Origin: Clostridia bacterium
GTDB lineage: Bacteria; Bacillota; Clostridia; Oscillospirales; CAG-272
Length of the DNA stretch: 45,002 nt
Direction: 5' to 3'
NCBI GenBank assembly: GCA_017382615.1
Contig: JAFNZX010000220.1
Coordinates: forward strand, 1-45,002
Positions 24,243-32,030 of the stretch are shown in pieces (the first letter of the stretch is position 1; every line of letters begins with the position of its first letter). The notes beneath the pieces were generated by a model. That model worked only from the letters and a program-made list of their open reading frames with translations, was not told where the DNA came from and did no database searches. The translations under genes and the position numbers were made by a program.

Positions 24243-26819
24243 TCAGACTGTTTCGTAGGTCAGAAGCAGGGACTGGCGCTTCTCGGGGATGGTCAGGGTC
24301 ATACCCTCGGTCAGAAGGGTGGTACCCGCCACGGTGAAGCTCTCCCCCGTGTCCTCGTTGGTGAAGACGTAATCCCGTCTTTGGTCGATACCCCCAAGCT
24401 CTACGTGCGCCTGTGCGTAAGGACACATAGCGCGGCGGAACGCCAGGATCAGACCGCTGTCGCTTGCGCGATCGTGATACTGAGAAGCAATCCACGTGGT
24501 ATTGGTATCCGTAGCGGGAATCAGCGGATAAAAGTCTTCGGCAAAATAGTGGCGCAGGCGCGCATACTCCGCAAAGTAATGCTTTGCCCAACCAAAGGGC
24601 TCATTCATGCCGCCCACACGCCATTCGGGGTCAGCGTGCTCCCAGGTGCGCACGGTCATGCCGTTGGTATATGCACTGCGGAAGCTGTAGACGTCCCCCA
24701 GCGTAGGGCCATAGCCGATACCCGAATAGGGATACCACCAAGCGGCGCGGGCATTACTGTTCTGATTGACCTCGGGACAGCAATCCCACGTGCACTGGTA
24801 GTCACTGCGCCACAAGGGCACCGAGCGCGCCAGCATTTCAATATCAATACGGTGTCCTCCGCCCGCGCAATCGTCGATCAACAGATGCGGAAAACGCTCC
24901 AGCAAAGCATCCCAGAAACGCCACAGATTATTGATGTGATGCACCTCGGTCGCGCCCCTGCGCGCAGCTCCTCCTGCCTCCAATGCAAGATCGTTGGCGC
25001 GCCAGATGATCAAAGGATTGATATTGAAATCCTGACGGTAGCAGTCCACGCCCACACAGGCAATGACGCTTGAAATCTTTTCAATGACCTGATCGCAAAC
25101 GTGATCACTTCCAAGATCCACCAAGGCATTCTCATCCTCGGGATTGGCAGTAATATATTCCGTCCATTCGCAAACCGAACGCTGCAAACGCTCCGGCTCA
25201 AACCAAAGCTGGAACTTGATGCCGCGCTCATGAAGAAATTCTGTCACATCACGGTAACCGTTCGGGTGATAATCACGGTTGACCTCCCACGTGCCCACCC
25301 TGCCCCATTCGGCAGATTGCGTTGCAGTGGTGGTGGAGCGCAACGGCTCATACCAGCCTGCATCCACCCAGCAATAATCAAACGTGTCAAGTCCATGCGA
25401 CAAGATTCCCTGCCAGCGCTCGATCAGCTCATTGGAAGGAATGCCGCCCCAGAAGATTGCCGAGAAAGGACATTGCGCACCTCGCGCGCCCTTGTAACGC
25501 CCTATGGGCGACACCGCCTCGCGAATAAAGCGCCGCCAAAGGTTATGGGCATTGACCTGCCCTTCCCTATAGGGCATAACGGTGGTGGAGGCAGTACGGA
25601 ATTTTTCACCGGGCTCCATGCAAAGAAAGACCTCCTCCAGGCTGTGGCGAATGCGAAAATCGTTCTCGCCGCGGTCAAAATAAGCGCGCCATTGTCCGGT
25701 CCAGCCAAGTGCTGTGAGCACGCCGTTTTGGTGATCACCGCCCTCGTTGACCTCAAAGAAAGGTGCAGTTCCCATGCCGCTGCGTCCGGCTTGGCAGGTT
25801 GCCTCCTTGTGGTCGCCCGCCCACATGCGGTGCGGGATGATCTGATGATCAAAATCGCCTATGTTTGCACCGTCCGAGAGAAACAGACGCAACGTCTTAG
25901 GCTCCCACGTATATTGCTTGTCGCGGCGGGTGCGTGCGGGATCTGCCGACATGGCAACGGTCAGGTCGCAGTCGCAAAGCTGACTGATCAGCGCGCTACG
26001 GTGATCGGTGGGATTGTGCCAATAATTCGTCCATCGCGTCACACCGAAATCCTGCAAGAATTCGGTCACCACGGTCAGCTCCACATCGTCGGGCAGCGTA
26101 TAAATGACGCGATCCGCCTCATTTTTCACCTTTACGTTCAGCTCGGAAAAGGGCGTTCCGTCATACAAAAACGAAAACGCAGGCACGGCGATCGGGCGCA
26201 CGGAGGGCGCGCGGTAAGCGTACATGAAATCCTTGATCGGCTCACAAGAGGGCTGCGTACTGCGAATACGCTCCACCTTGCCTGCGTCGTAACGGTAATA
26301 CATCCCTTCCTCTGCTCCCTTGCCCGCGTGCATAAAGGTATGCTCGGGGTGGCCTGCGGCATTGGCACGGATAAATACCACGTCACCGGGGCGCAGCTCC
26401 TCCACAGAGTCAATACGGGTAAAGCCCTGTTCGATACACCAATCGGTCAGCCCGGGACCCGCCACGCACTTGCCGTGGATATAGGGTTGATCGGTATAGC
26501 CCGCACGGTACAAGATCCAGTCCATCAGACGGTCACAGCTGACCAGGTGCGCATCGTGGTTGAAGGCAGGATTGATGGGCGCGTGACCGTAATTGAACTC
26601 TTGGTCGCGGATATAATCACAAATGCACTTAGCATGAAACAGCAGTGCGGACGAAACCTCGCCACCCGCAGCATAGCACAGCATACCCTTATGATCGTAA
26701 ACCGCCGCACCGTAGAGCACGTTGGCATCGGCAAAGGCAATCGCTTGCTCCAACGTGGAAAACACGGTCAGCGCGGCTCTTTGCGCATCGGGTGCTGATC
26801 GAACGGTATAAAGTGACAT
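24243..26819 (-). CDS. GH36-like alpha-galactosidase-family enzyme with an unassigned ~205-aa N-terminal extension (858 aa)
   Basis: An AAAGGAG RBS precedes the start. The catalytic region contains FDYCWVDAGWY, GIKFQLWFEPERL, VDCYRQDFNINP and LIDDCAGGGHRIDIEML, which are GH36-like (GLWFEPE, CxxGGxRxD). The N-terminal 205 aa have no GH signature. Confidence 0.75.
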   Translation of the reverse strand: MSLYTVRSAPDAQRAALTVFSTLEQAIAFADANVLYGAAVYDHKGMLCYAAGGEVSSALLFHAKCICDYIRDQEFNYGHAPINPAFNHDAHLVSCDRLMDWILYRAGYTDQPYIHGKCVAGPGLTDWCIEQGFTRIDSVEELRPGDVVFIRANAAGHPEHTFMHAGKGAEEGMYYRYDAGKVERIRSTQPSCEPIKDFMYAYRAPSVRPIAVPAFSFLYDGTPFSELNVKVKNEADRVIYTLPDDVELTVVTEFLQDFGVTRWTNYWHNPTDHRSALISQLCDCDLTVAMSADPARTRRDKQYTWEPKTLRLFLSDGANIGDFDHQIIPHRMWAGDHKEATCQAGRSGMGTAPFFEVNEGGDHQNGVLTALGWTGQWRAYFDRGENDFRIRHSLEEVFLCMEPGEKFRTASTTVMPYREGQVNAHNLWRRFIREAVSPIGRYKGARGAQCPFSAIFWGGIPSNELIERWQGILSHGLDTFDYCWVDAGWYEPLRSTTTATQSAEWGRVGTWEVNRDYHPNGYRDVTEFLHERGIKFQLWFEPERLQRSVCEWTEYITANPEDENALVDLGSDHVCDQVIEKISSVIACVGVDCYRQDFNINPLIIWRANDLALEAGGAARRGATEVHHINNLWRFWDALLERFPHLLIDDCAGGGHRIDIEMLARSVPLWRSDYQCTWDCCPEVNQNSNARAAWWYPYSGIGYGPTLGDVYSFRSAYTNGMTVRTWEHADPEWRVGGMNEPFGWAKHYFAEYARLRHYFAEDFYPLIPATDTNTTWIASQYHDRASDSGLILAFRRAMCPYAQAHVELGGIDQRRDYVFTNEDTGESFTVAGTTLLTEGMTLTIPEKRQSLLLTYETV

Positions 26820-26846
26820 AAAAATCTCCTTTCACGGCAATATGGC

Positions 26847-26876
26847 ATAAGGCTCCCCGCAAACGAGGAGCCTTAT
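26847..26876 (-). terminator. intercistronic hairpin (weak terminator or processing site) between the Gfo/Idh/MocA and GH36 genes
   Basis: ataaggctcc (26847-26856) pairs with ggagccttat (26867-26876). No clear U-tract follows on the minus strand. Confidence 0.35.
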
Positions 26877-26887
26877 CATAATTTCAA

Positions 26888-28183
26888 TTACTTTTTGCTT
26901 CCCTGCGTCAAGGCAGCGGTACGGTAAGTGCCCTCGGTCTTTTCGCATTCCTTTGCCCACAGCTCTGCCATATAGGCGTACACCTCGTCGGGAATATCGG
27001 GCGTGCCTGCAGCCATAGTGGGCCACAGCATGTCCCCTGCCGCCTTGGGATCGGCGCAGGCGGTATCATTACGCCAAGCATCGCGCTCCTCCTTGTTGCG
27101 CAGGTTGGGAATCTCCACGCTCACGCCGCCCGCCAAGATGGAGCGGTACGCAAACAAGCCGGGCAGGAACATATCCAGTGCCTCATAGACGTCAATGGTA
27201 TCGGCTTGCTCATCGCCCAGAATCTTGTTGATAAAATGGTACATGGAATAGAAATCCGAGCCGCCGTGACCAAAGCCCTCAGCCCTATCGGTCATGCCGT
27301 GATCGGGGAAATAGGAGCGCAGGGACCCGGTTTCATAGCCACCGTCATATTCGTCCTTGTTGACGTAGATCTTGGCAATGTGCCCGTCCATGGCATCCTC
27401 TCTGCCGCATTCCATTCTGCCCTTGGAGCCGTACATGGTGTACCAAATGGAATTCTTATACAGATTGCCGTGAATGCTCTTGACAATACCGCCGTTTTCC
27501 AAGGTCACCATTTCAATACCGAACTGACCCGCTCTGCGACCCGTGCGCAAGCCGCGCGCGTTCTTGGTACCCTCAAAGCCCACAACGGACACGGGGCGCA
27601 AGCCCGTGGAGTGAATGATGGGACCCAGCGAGTGCGTGCAATAGAAGGTTGCGTAACCACCGTTACGCCAGTGATCGCGCTCACCGTAGGTAATGGAGGG
27701 CCAGATAGACTCACAGTTATGGATGTACTCACCCTCGCCATATTCAAATTCACCGATCTCGCCCTTTGCGTACAGCTTTTTCATCTCGTACGACGCAGGC
27801 ATATAGCAATAGTTTTCACCGTAAGCATAGACGAGTCCGCTCTCTTCAACAGCCTCAACCAGCGCAACGGCTTCCTTCATATTCTGTACGGGCAGCACCT
27901 CGGAAAAGACGTGCAAGCCCTTCTTCAAGCAGCGAATGGCAAAGGGCGCGTGCTCGTTGGCGTAATTTGCCAGCACCACGGCGTCCATATCGTGCTCAAT
28001 AAAGTTATCAAAGTGATCGTAAAAGGTAATATCCAGTCCTTCGGTATACTGCTTCTGTGCGTCAAGTGCCTCTTGGCTCTTGTCGCAAATGGCAACCACC
28101 TCTGCATGGTCGGCTCTCTTGCAGTAATTGATCATGCTGGTGCCGCGATAAGCACCCAAAACGCCAATACGTATTTTTTTCAT
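26888..28183 (-). CDS. Gfo/Idh/MocA family NAD(P)-dependent oxidoreductase (431 aa)
   Basis: It has an N-terminal Rossmann pattern, MKKIRIGVLGAYRGTSMINYC...AEVVAICDK, and EVLPV...EA motifs typical of the family. Confidence 0.85.
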   Translation of the reverse strand: MKKIRIGVLGAYRGTSMINYCKRADHAEVVAICDKSQEALDAQKQYTEGLDITFYDHFDNFIEHDMDAVVLANYANEHAPFAIRCLKKGLHVFSEVLPVQNMKEAVALVEAVEESGLVYAYGENYCYMPASYEMKKLYAKGEIGEFEYGEGEYIHNCESIWPSITYGERDHWRNGGYATFYCTHSLGPIIHSTGLRPVSVVGFEGTKNARGLRTGRRAGQFGIEMVTLENGGIVKSIHGNLYKNSIWYTMYGSKGRMECGREDAMDGHIAKIYVNKDEYDGGYETGSLRSYFPDHGMTDRAEGFGHGGSDFYSMYHFINKILGDEQADTIDVYEALDMFLPGLFAYRSILAGGVSVEIPNLRNKEERDAWRNDTACADPKAAGDMLWPTMAAGTPDIPDEVYAYMAELWAKECEKTEGTYRTAALTQGSKK

Positions 28184-28260
28184 ATGAAATACTTCCTTTC
28201 CGACGATGAAAATCGAGAATACGGCTGTGCGCGTCCGGCACGTCCATCCTCCCGATCTTC

Positions 28261-28289
28261 ATTATATCACATAGAGCCCCGTTAGTCAG
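28261..28289 (-). promoter_or_regulatory. candidate promoter for the Gfo/Idh/MocA-GH36-GH36 operon
   Basis: The minus strand reads CTGACT, a 17 nt spacer, then TATAAT, with an extended -10 TG (TGaTATAAT). It lies about 75 nt upstream of ATG 28183. Confidence 0.5.
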
Positions 28290-28331
28290 TGGTAATATTC
28301 CATGTATTTGTGGAATATCGTCACTTTGCGG

Positions 28332-28360
28332 TTGACTTTCACATATATCTGTGCTATACT
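28332..28360 (+). promoter_or_regulatory. SigA-type promoter for AraC regulator 1
   Basis: TTGACT (28332-28337), a 17 nt spacer, then TATACT (28355-28360). Confidence 0.65.
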
Positions 28361-28391
28361 GGTCTCATTCCACTCCAAAAAGGAGGTCACT

Positions 28392-29234
28392 ATGACAGAG
28401 CAGAACAATATCTGTCGGTTTGTTCCCCGTGAGATCAACGACCACAGTATCCATACAGTACACTTTGTCTTGGAAACCGAGGAGCAGCTGTATACGGGGC
28501 TGCGCATTAAATCACTCTATACTGTATATCTGGTCACCGGTGGCACAGGCAGACTGCACACCCAAGGCGAGGTGCTGTCCTTAAAGCAGGGCGACGTGTT
28601 TTTCACCTTTCCTGCCGTCCCCTTCGCCATTGAATCCGTTTCCGATTTTCAATATATGTACATCAGCTTTTTGGGTGCACGCGGTAACCGCATTATGGAA
28701 AAGCTGGGAATTTCGTCAAAAACACCGCTATATCCGGATTGCGAGGCTTTGACCACGGTGTGGACGCAGGGACTGCACTCCCCCGCGCAGCTTTCGGACA
28801 TTGCCAGCGAGGCAGTCCTGCTTCACACTTTGGCTTTTTTGGGCGGAAAGCTGTCAAAATTTTCCGAGAAGGACGAGGGACGCACGGATCTGATCTCTAT
28901 GATACAAAAATACGTGGACGAGCATTTCTCCGACGCAGATTTTTCCTTGGAACGACTGGGTAACGACCTCAAATACAACAAAAAGTATCTTTCCACCGTA
29001 TTCAAGCGTCACGTGGGCGTCGGTATTGTGGATTATCTGCACACGGTACGCATTCAGCACGCCTGCACCATGCTCAAGCAAGGCTTTACCAGCGTCAGCG
29101 ACGTGGCGTTGCGCTGCGGCTATCCCGATGCACAGTATTTCTCCAAGGTCTTCAAGCGCAGAATGAACCTCTCCCCGCGTGAATATATGGCGTCGGTCAA
29201 AAACGAAGGCACTTTTCCAAGACTCCCCGAATAA
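28392..29234 (+). CDS. AraC family transcriptional regulator (cupin sensor + HTH), copy 1
   Basis: Track ORF 28302..29234, trimmed to MTEQNN (ATG 28392, AGGAGG 5 nt upstream). The C-terminal HTH_18 region is YLSTVFKRHVGVGIVDYLHTVRIQHACTMLKQGFTSVSDVALRCGYPDAQYFSKVFKRRMNLSPREY. Confidence 0.88.
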   Translation: MTEQNNICRFVPREINDHSIHTVHFVLETEEQLYTGLRIKSLYTVYLVTGGTGRLHTQGEVLSLKQGDVFFTFPAVPFAIESVSDFQYMYISFLGARGNRIMEKLGISSKTPLYPDCEALTTVWTQGLHSPAQLSDIASEAVLLHTLAFLGGKLSKFSEKDEGRTDLISMIQKYVDEHFSDADFSLERLGNDLKYNKKYLSTVFKRHVGVGIVDYLHTVRIQHACTMLKQGFTSVSDVALRCGYPDAQYFSKVFKRRMNLSPREYMASVKNEGTFPRLPE

Positions 29235-29297
29235 TCCCGCTTGATTTCACCTTGACAGGGCGCACAGCTTTGGCATAAGGCGTTTCCCACAAATCAA

Positions 29298-29346
29298 ATC
29301 GGACACATCACGCAAGGTTCTCCCAAGCGGTGTGTCCGATTTTTTG
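29298..29346 (+). terminator. rho-independent terminator after AraC 1
   Basis: atcggacaca (29298-29307) pairs with tgtgtccgat (29331-29340). It is followed by tttttgcgttt. Confidence 0.75.
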
Positions 29347-29391
29347 CGTTTGATGCAACGTTTCCACACCGATCAAATACAACGTACACCA

Positions 29392-29420
29392 TTGACAAGG
29401 CGACATGATTATGGTATGAT
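29392..29420 (+). promoter_or_regulatory. SigA-type promoter for AraC regulator 2
   Basis: TTGACA (29392-29397), a 17 nt spacer, then TATGAT (29415-29420). Confidence 0.65.
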
Positions 29421-29465
29421 AATGATGTAACACAAAATGTGGCGACACAGAAAGGAAATCGGCGT

Positions 29466-30269
29466 ATGAATCCCATTTTTTACGAGATTGAGCACGGAAC
29501 AATTTCCAACCATTTTTTGTTTGAAAAAAACACCGATCACGCCTTTCCCCTGCACATGCACCGTTGCTATGAAATGGTACTGATGCTGGAGGGCGAAATG
29601 ACCATACAGATTGACCAGGACACGTACGATCTGAGCGCAGGTGATCTGATCCTGATCAAGCCCAACCGTCTGCACAGTTACGAAACCCCAACGGGCAAAA
29701 GCGGCGTCTGCCTGCTTTGCATGTTCTCCTCCGACCTGATCGCTGCCATTACCGATCCCCTGTCCAAATACCGCTTGCACACCGTGCACCTGCACAACGT
29801 CCAAGCAATCTATCGCGATACGTTTCTTCTGATGCAGGAGCACCGCGATCTTCCCACCGTCAAGGGCTTTTTATATCTGCTTTGCGGTCTGTTCTATCGG
29901 CAGATCGACTATTCAGCAGAGGATACGATCATAGAGGTCTCGGATCTGCTGCAAAAAATCTTCGCACATATCGAAAGCAACGTGGACAAGCCCTGCACCC
30001 TGCACGAGCTCGCCCAAGCATTGAAATATAACGAATCCTATCTCTCCCGCTTTTTCTACAGCAAAATAGGCGTTTCATATTCGGATTACGTACGCAGCAT
30101 CAAAATCAACTACGCTTGCTATCTGCTCAAAAATACCCACGACAGCATATTCAACATTGCCAGACTTTGCGGTTACGCCACCCCCAGTGCCTTTAACCGC
30201 AGCTTTAAGCAGATCACGGGCATGAATCCCAACGAATACCGCTCCTTTGGGGGAGCATTCGACCCGTAA
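29466..30269 (+). CDS. AraC family transcriptional regulator, copy 2
   Basis: Track ORF 29439..30269, trimmed to MNPIFYEIEHG (ATG 29466). It has a cupin-like N-terminus (HMHRCYEMVLMLEGEM). The HTH region is YLSRFFYSKIGVSYSDYVRSIKINYACYLLKNTHDSIFNIARLCGYATPSAFNRSFKQITGMNPNEY. Confidence 0.88.
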   Translation: MNPIFYEIEHGTISNHFLFEKNTDHAFPLHMHRCYEMVLMLEGEMTIQIDQDTYDLSAGDLILIKPNRLHSYETPTGKSGVCLLCMFSSDLIAAITDPLSKYRLHTVHLHNVQAIYRDTFLLMQEHRDLPTVKGFLYLLCGLFYRQIDYSAEDTIIEVSDLLQKIFAHIESNVDKPCTLHELAQALKYNESYLSRFFYSKIGVSYSDYVRSIKINYACYLLKNTHDSIFNIARLCGYATPSAFNRSFKQITGMNPNEYRSFGGAFDP

Positions 30270-30285
30270 GAATACGTAACATAGC

Positions 30286-30327
30286 AAAAGGATACGCCCT
30301 GACGCACGATGCAGGGCGTATCCTTTT
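30286..30327. terminator. bidirectional terminator hairpin
   Basis: aaaaggatacgccctg (30286-30301) pairs with cagggcgtatcctttt (30312-30327). It has A/T tracts on both sides. Confidence 0.8.
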
Positions 30328-30336
30328 ATTGTGATA

Positions 30337-31257
30337 TCATGATCTGACGAAATTCTCACCGTCAAATGCAAAAACGCCAAAGCCGCGACCTGTGGGATTG
30401 CCCGCCTGCAGCCATTCGGCATACGCACGGCGCAGCGTAGTATCCTTGGGCAGCTGCGCATCGGGCAGATCGGTGTATCTGCCGAACACACGCCATCTGT
30501 CGTGGAAATCATCGGGCGTTTCCTTACCGCTGACCATCTCAAAGTCTCCCATAAACTTCAGCAAATTCATGCCCGCGGGCAAAAACTCACGGTGTCTGGG
30601 ATACAGCAGCCAGGAGGAGCAGCCAAAAATTACAATGCCATCCTCAAACAGCGGTGCAAAATGAGGGTACGCCTTACGATAAGAGTCCAGACGCACCTCG
30701 TCGGTCAGCGCAATGCCGCGCGAGGGAATGTGCATATTGACGTACTTGTCTCCCGCCTTAAAGACCTTGCCGCAGGAAAGCGTGAAGTCCTCTCCCTCGT
30801 AGGTCATGACCTCATACTGGAATCTGCCGTAGCCAAAGCAGGTCAGCTTGAAAAAGCGATCGAACCAGTCTGCCACAAACGTACCGACCACGCCCTTATT
30901 CTCCACACACTCGTTGACCTTGCAGCGAATGTCATCCATAGACTCGTAAAAGATCTCGTCCGAAATGCCGTTTTCCTGATATTTCTCATAAAGACGGGGC
31001 AGACTGTTGACAATCAGCAAAAGATCCAACGAATATTCGTTTTTGCCAAACTGCTTTGCAGCTTGCTTGATCTCTGCCAAAGCGTCAGCCATAGAAAGTT
31101 CCTCGGTCACAACGTAGCGATATACGATACTGTCCATAACGGACGCAAGCGCGGCATCATCGTCCAGCATCTGCTCCAGGTCTCTGATTCCCTGCACCAC
31201 CTCGGGAGCGTAGCCGTTTTGGGTCAATTGCTCGATCTGCGCATTCCAATGTTTCAT
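30337..31257 (-). CDS. putative acyltransferase-domain protein (DUF5596 / GNAT-like C-terminal domain family); function unknown
   Basis: Track ORF 30337..31308, trimmed to MKHWNAQ (ATG 31257..31255). The assignment is from memory of this family's pattern (NMHIPSRGIALTDEVRLDSYRKAYPHF...IFGCSSWLLYP) and is tentative. Confidence 0.4.
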   Translation of the reverse strand: MKHWNAQIEQLTQNGYAPEVVQGIRDLEQMLDDDAALASVMDSIVYRYVVTEELSMADALAEIKQAAKQFGKNEYSLDLLLIVNSLPRLYEKYQENGISDEIFYESMDDIRCKVNECVENKGVVGTFVADWFDRFFKLTCFGYGRFQYEVMTYEGEDFTLSCGKVFKAGDKYVNMHIPSRGIALTDEVRLDSYRKAYPHFAPLFEDGIVIFGCSSWLLYPRHREFLPAGMNLLKFMGDFEMVSGKETPDDFHDRWRVFGRYTDLPDAQLPKDTTLRRAYAEWLQAGNPTGRGFGVFAFDGENFVRS

Positions 31258-31276
31258 GTTTTGTTTCCTTTCCGGT

Positions 31277-31801
31277 TTATGTTTTGCAAGAAGTGTCTTT
31301 TTTTGCATATCTGATCAGTCCGATAACGGCAGAGGAGATCGCTACGATCTCGTTGATCGTGCCGCCCACGGATGGAATGAACAGATTATAGATCATGATC
31401 AGCGAAGAGGTCAGCAAAATACTCTTGCGCAGATTTTGCGGGTTGAAATACCCCATGGCAAGCGTGTTGAGCATGATACCCACCACGAAAAACAGAGAAT
31501 GTGCACCCTCCCAGGTGAAAATGCTGAGCACGCCCATAATCAGTGCAAGTACAATGGGGACTGCCTTACTTGACAGTATTTTTTTATCCCTGTAGCAATA
31601 GCAGATATTACGCACGATGCTGAACAGATTCAGTACCAGCGCAACCGTGCCGCCAAGCAGCGCGTAAGCAACGCAGGCAATGGCCGTTGCAACCGACAGT
31701 GTGATAAAAATCGCACGCTCAGACTTCATTTGATAGGTAATAAAGGACACGATAACTGCTATCACGCTGATAACCTGTCCAATAATTTCAATTGGCTCCA
31801 T
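31277..31801 (-). CDS. YgjV-family inner membrane protein
   Basis: 174 aa with about 5-6 hydrophobic helices. The size and pattern (ITYQMKSERAI..., LNLFSIVRN) resemble the Imp-YgjV family. Confidence 0.55.
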   Translation of the reverse strand: MEPIEIIGQVISVIAVIVSFITYQMKSERAIFITLSVATAIACVAYALLGGTVALVLNLFSIVRNICYCYRDKKILSSKAVPIVLALIMGVLSIFTWEGAHSLFFVVGIMLNTLAMGYFNPQNLRKSILLTSSLIMIYNLFIPSVGGTINEIVAISSAVIGLIRYAKKDTSCKT

Positions 31802-31834
31802 ATAAAACTCCGTAATCCGAAAAATGTACTTTAT

Positions 31835-31863
31835 ATCATATCATATATGTCATCTATAATCAA
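31835..31863 (-). promoter_or_regulatory. SigA-type promoter for the ygjV-like / acyltransferase-like pair
   Basis: The minus strand reads TTGATT (31863..31858), a 17 nt spacer, then TATGAT (31840..31835). Confidence 0.6.
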
Positions 31864-31935
31864 TAGCCTGCACGAAAAAAAAGAAAGAGGTCAAAAAAAG
31901 ACAAGTACATGTCATAACATGAATATTTTGCACTG

Positions 31936-31964
31936 TTGACAGCATATCAGTTTCAAGGTATAAT
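31936..31964 (+). promoter_or_regulatory. perfect consensus SigA promoter for the 32031..33620 gene
   Basis: TTGACA (31936-31941), a 17 nt spacer, then TATAAT (31959-31964). Confidence 0.75.
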
Positions 31965-32030
31965 AATATAGACGGTAAACTTGAAAAGTGCGCTTTTGCA
32001 AGTTGCCGAAATACATAAGGAGAATCATTT

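Noticed and set aside
28062-28262. A possible leader peptide or uORF (MDVPDAHSRILDF...) in the 5' leader of the Gfo/Idh/MocA gene.
   Set aside because: - The GGGAGG sequence is directly adjacent to the ATG, with zero spacing.
- The ORF runs out of frame into the main gene, and its sequence is not recognisable.
- It is most likely fortuitous.
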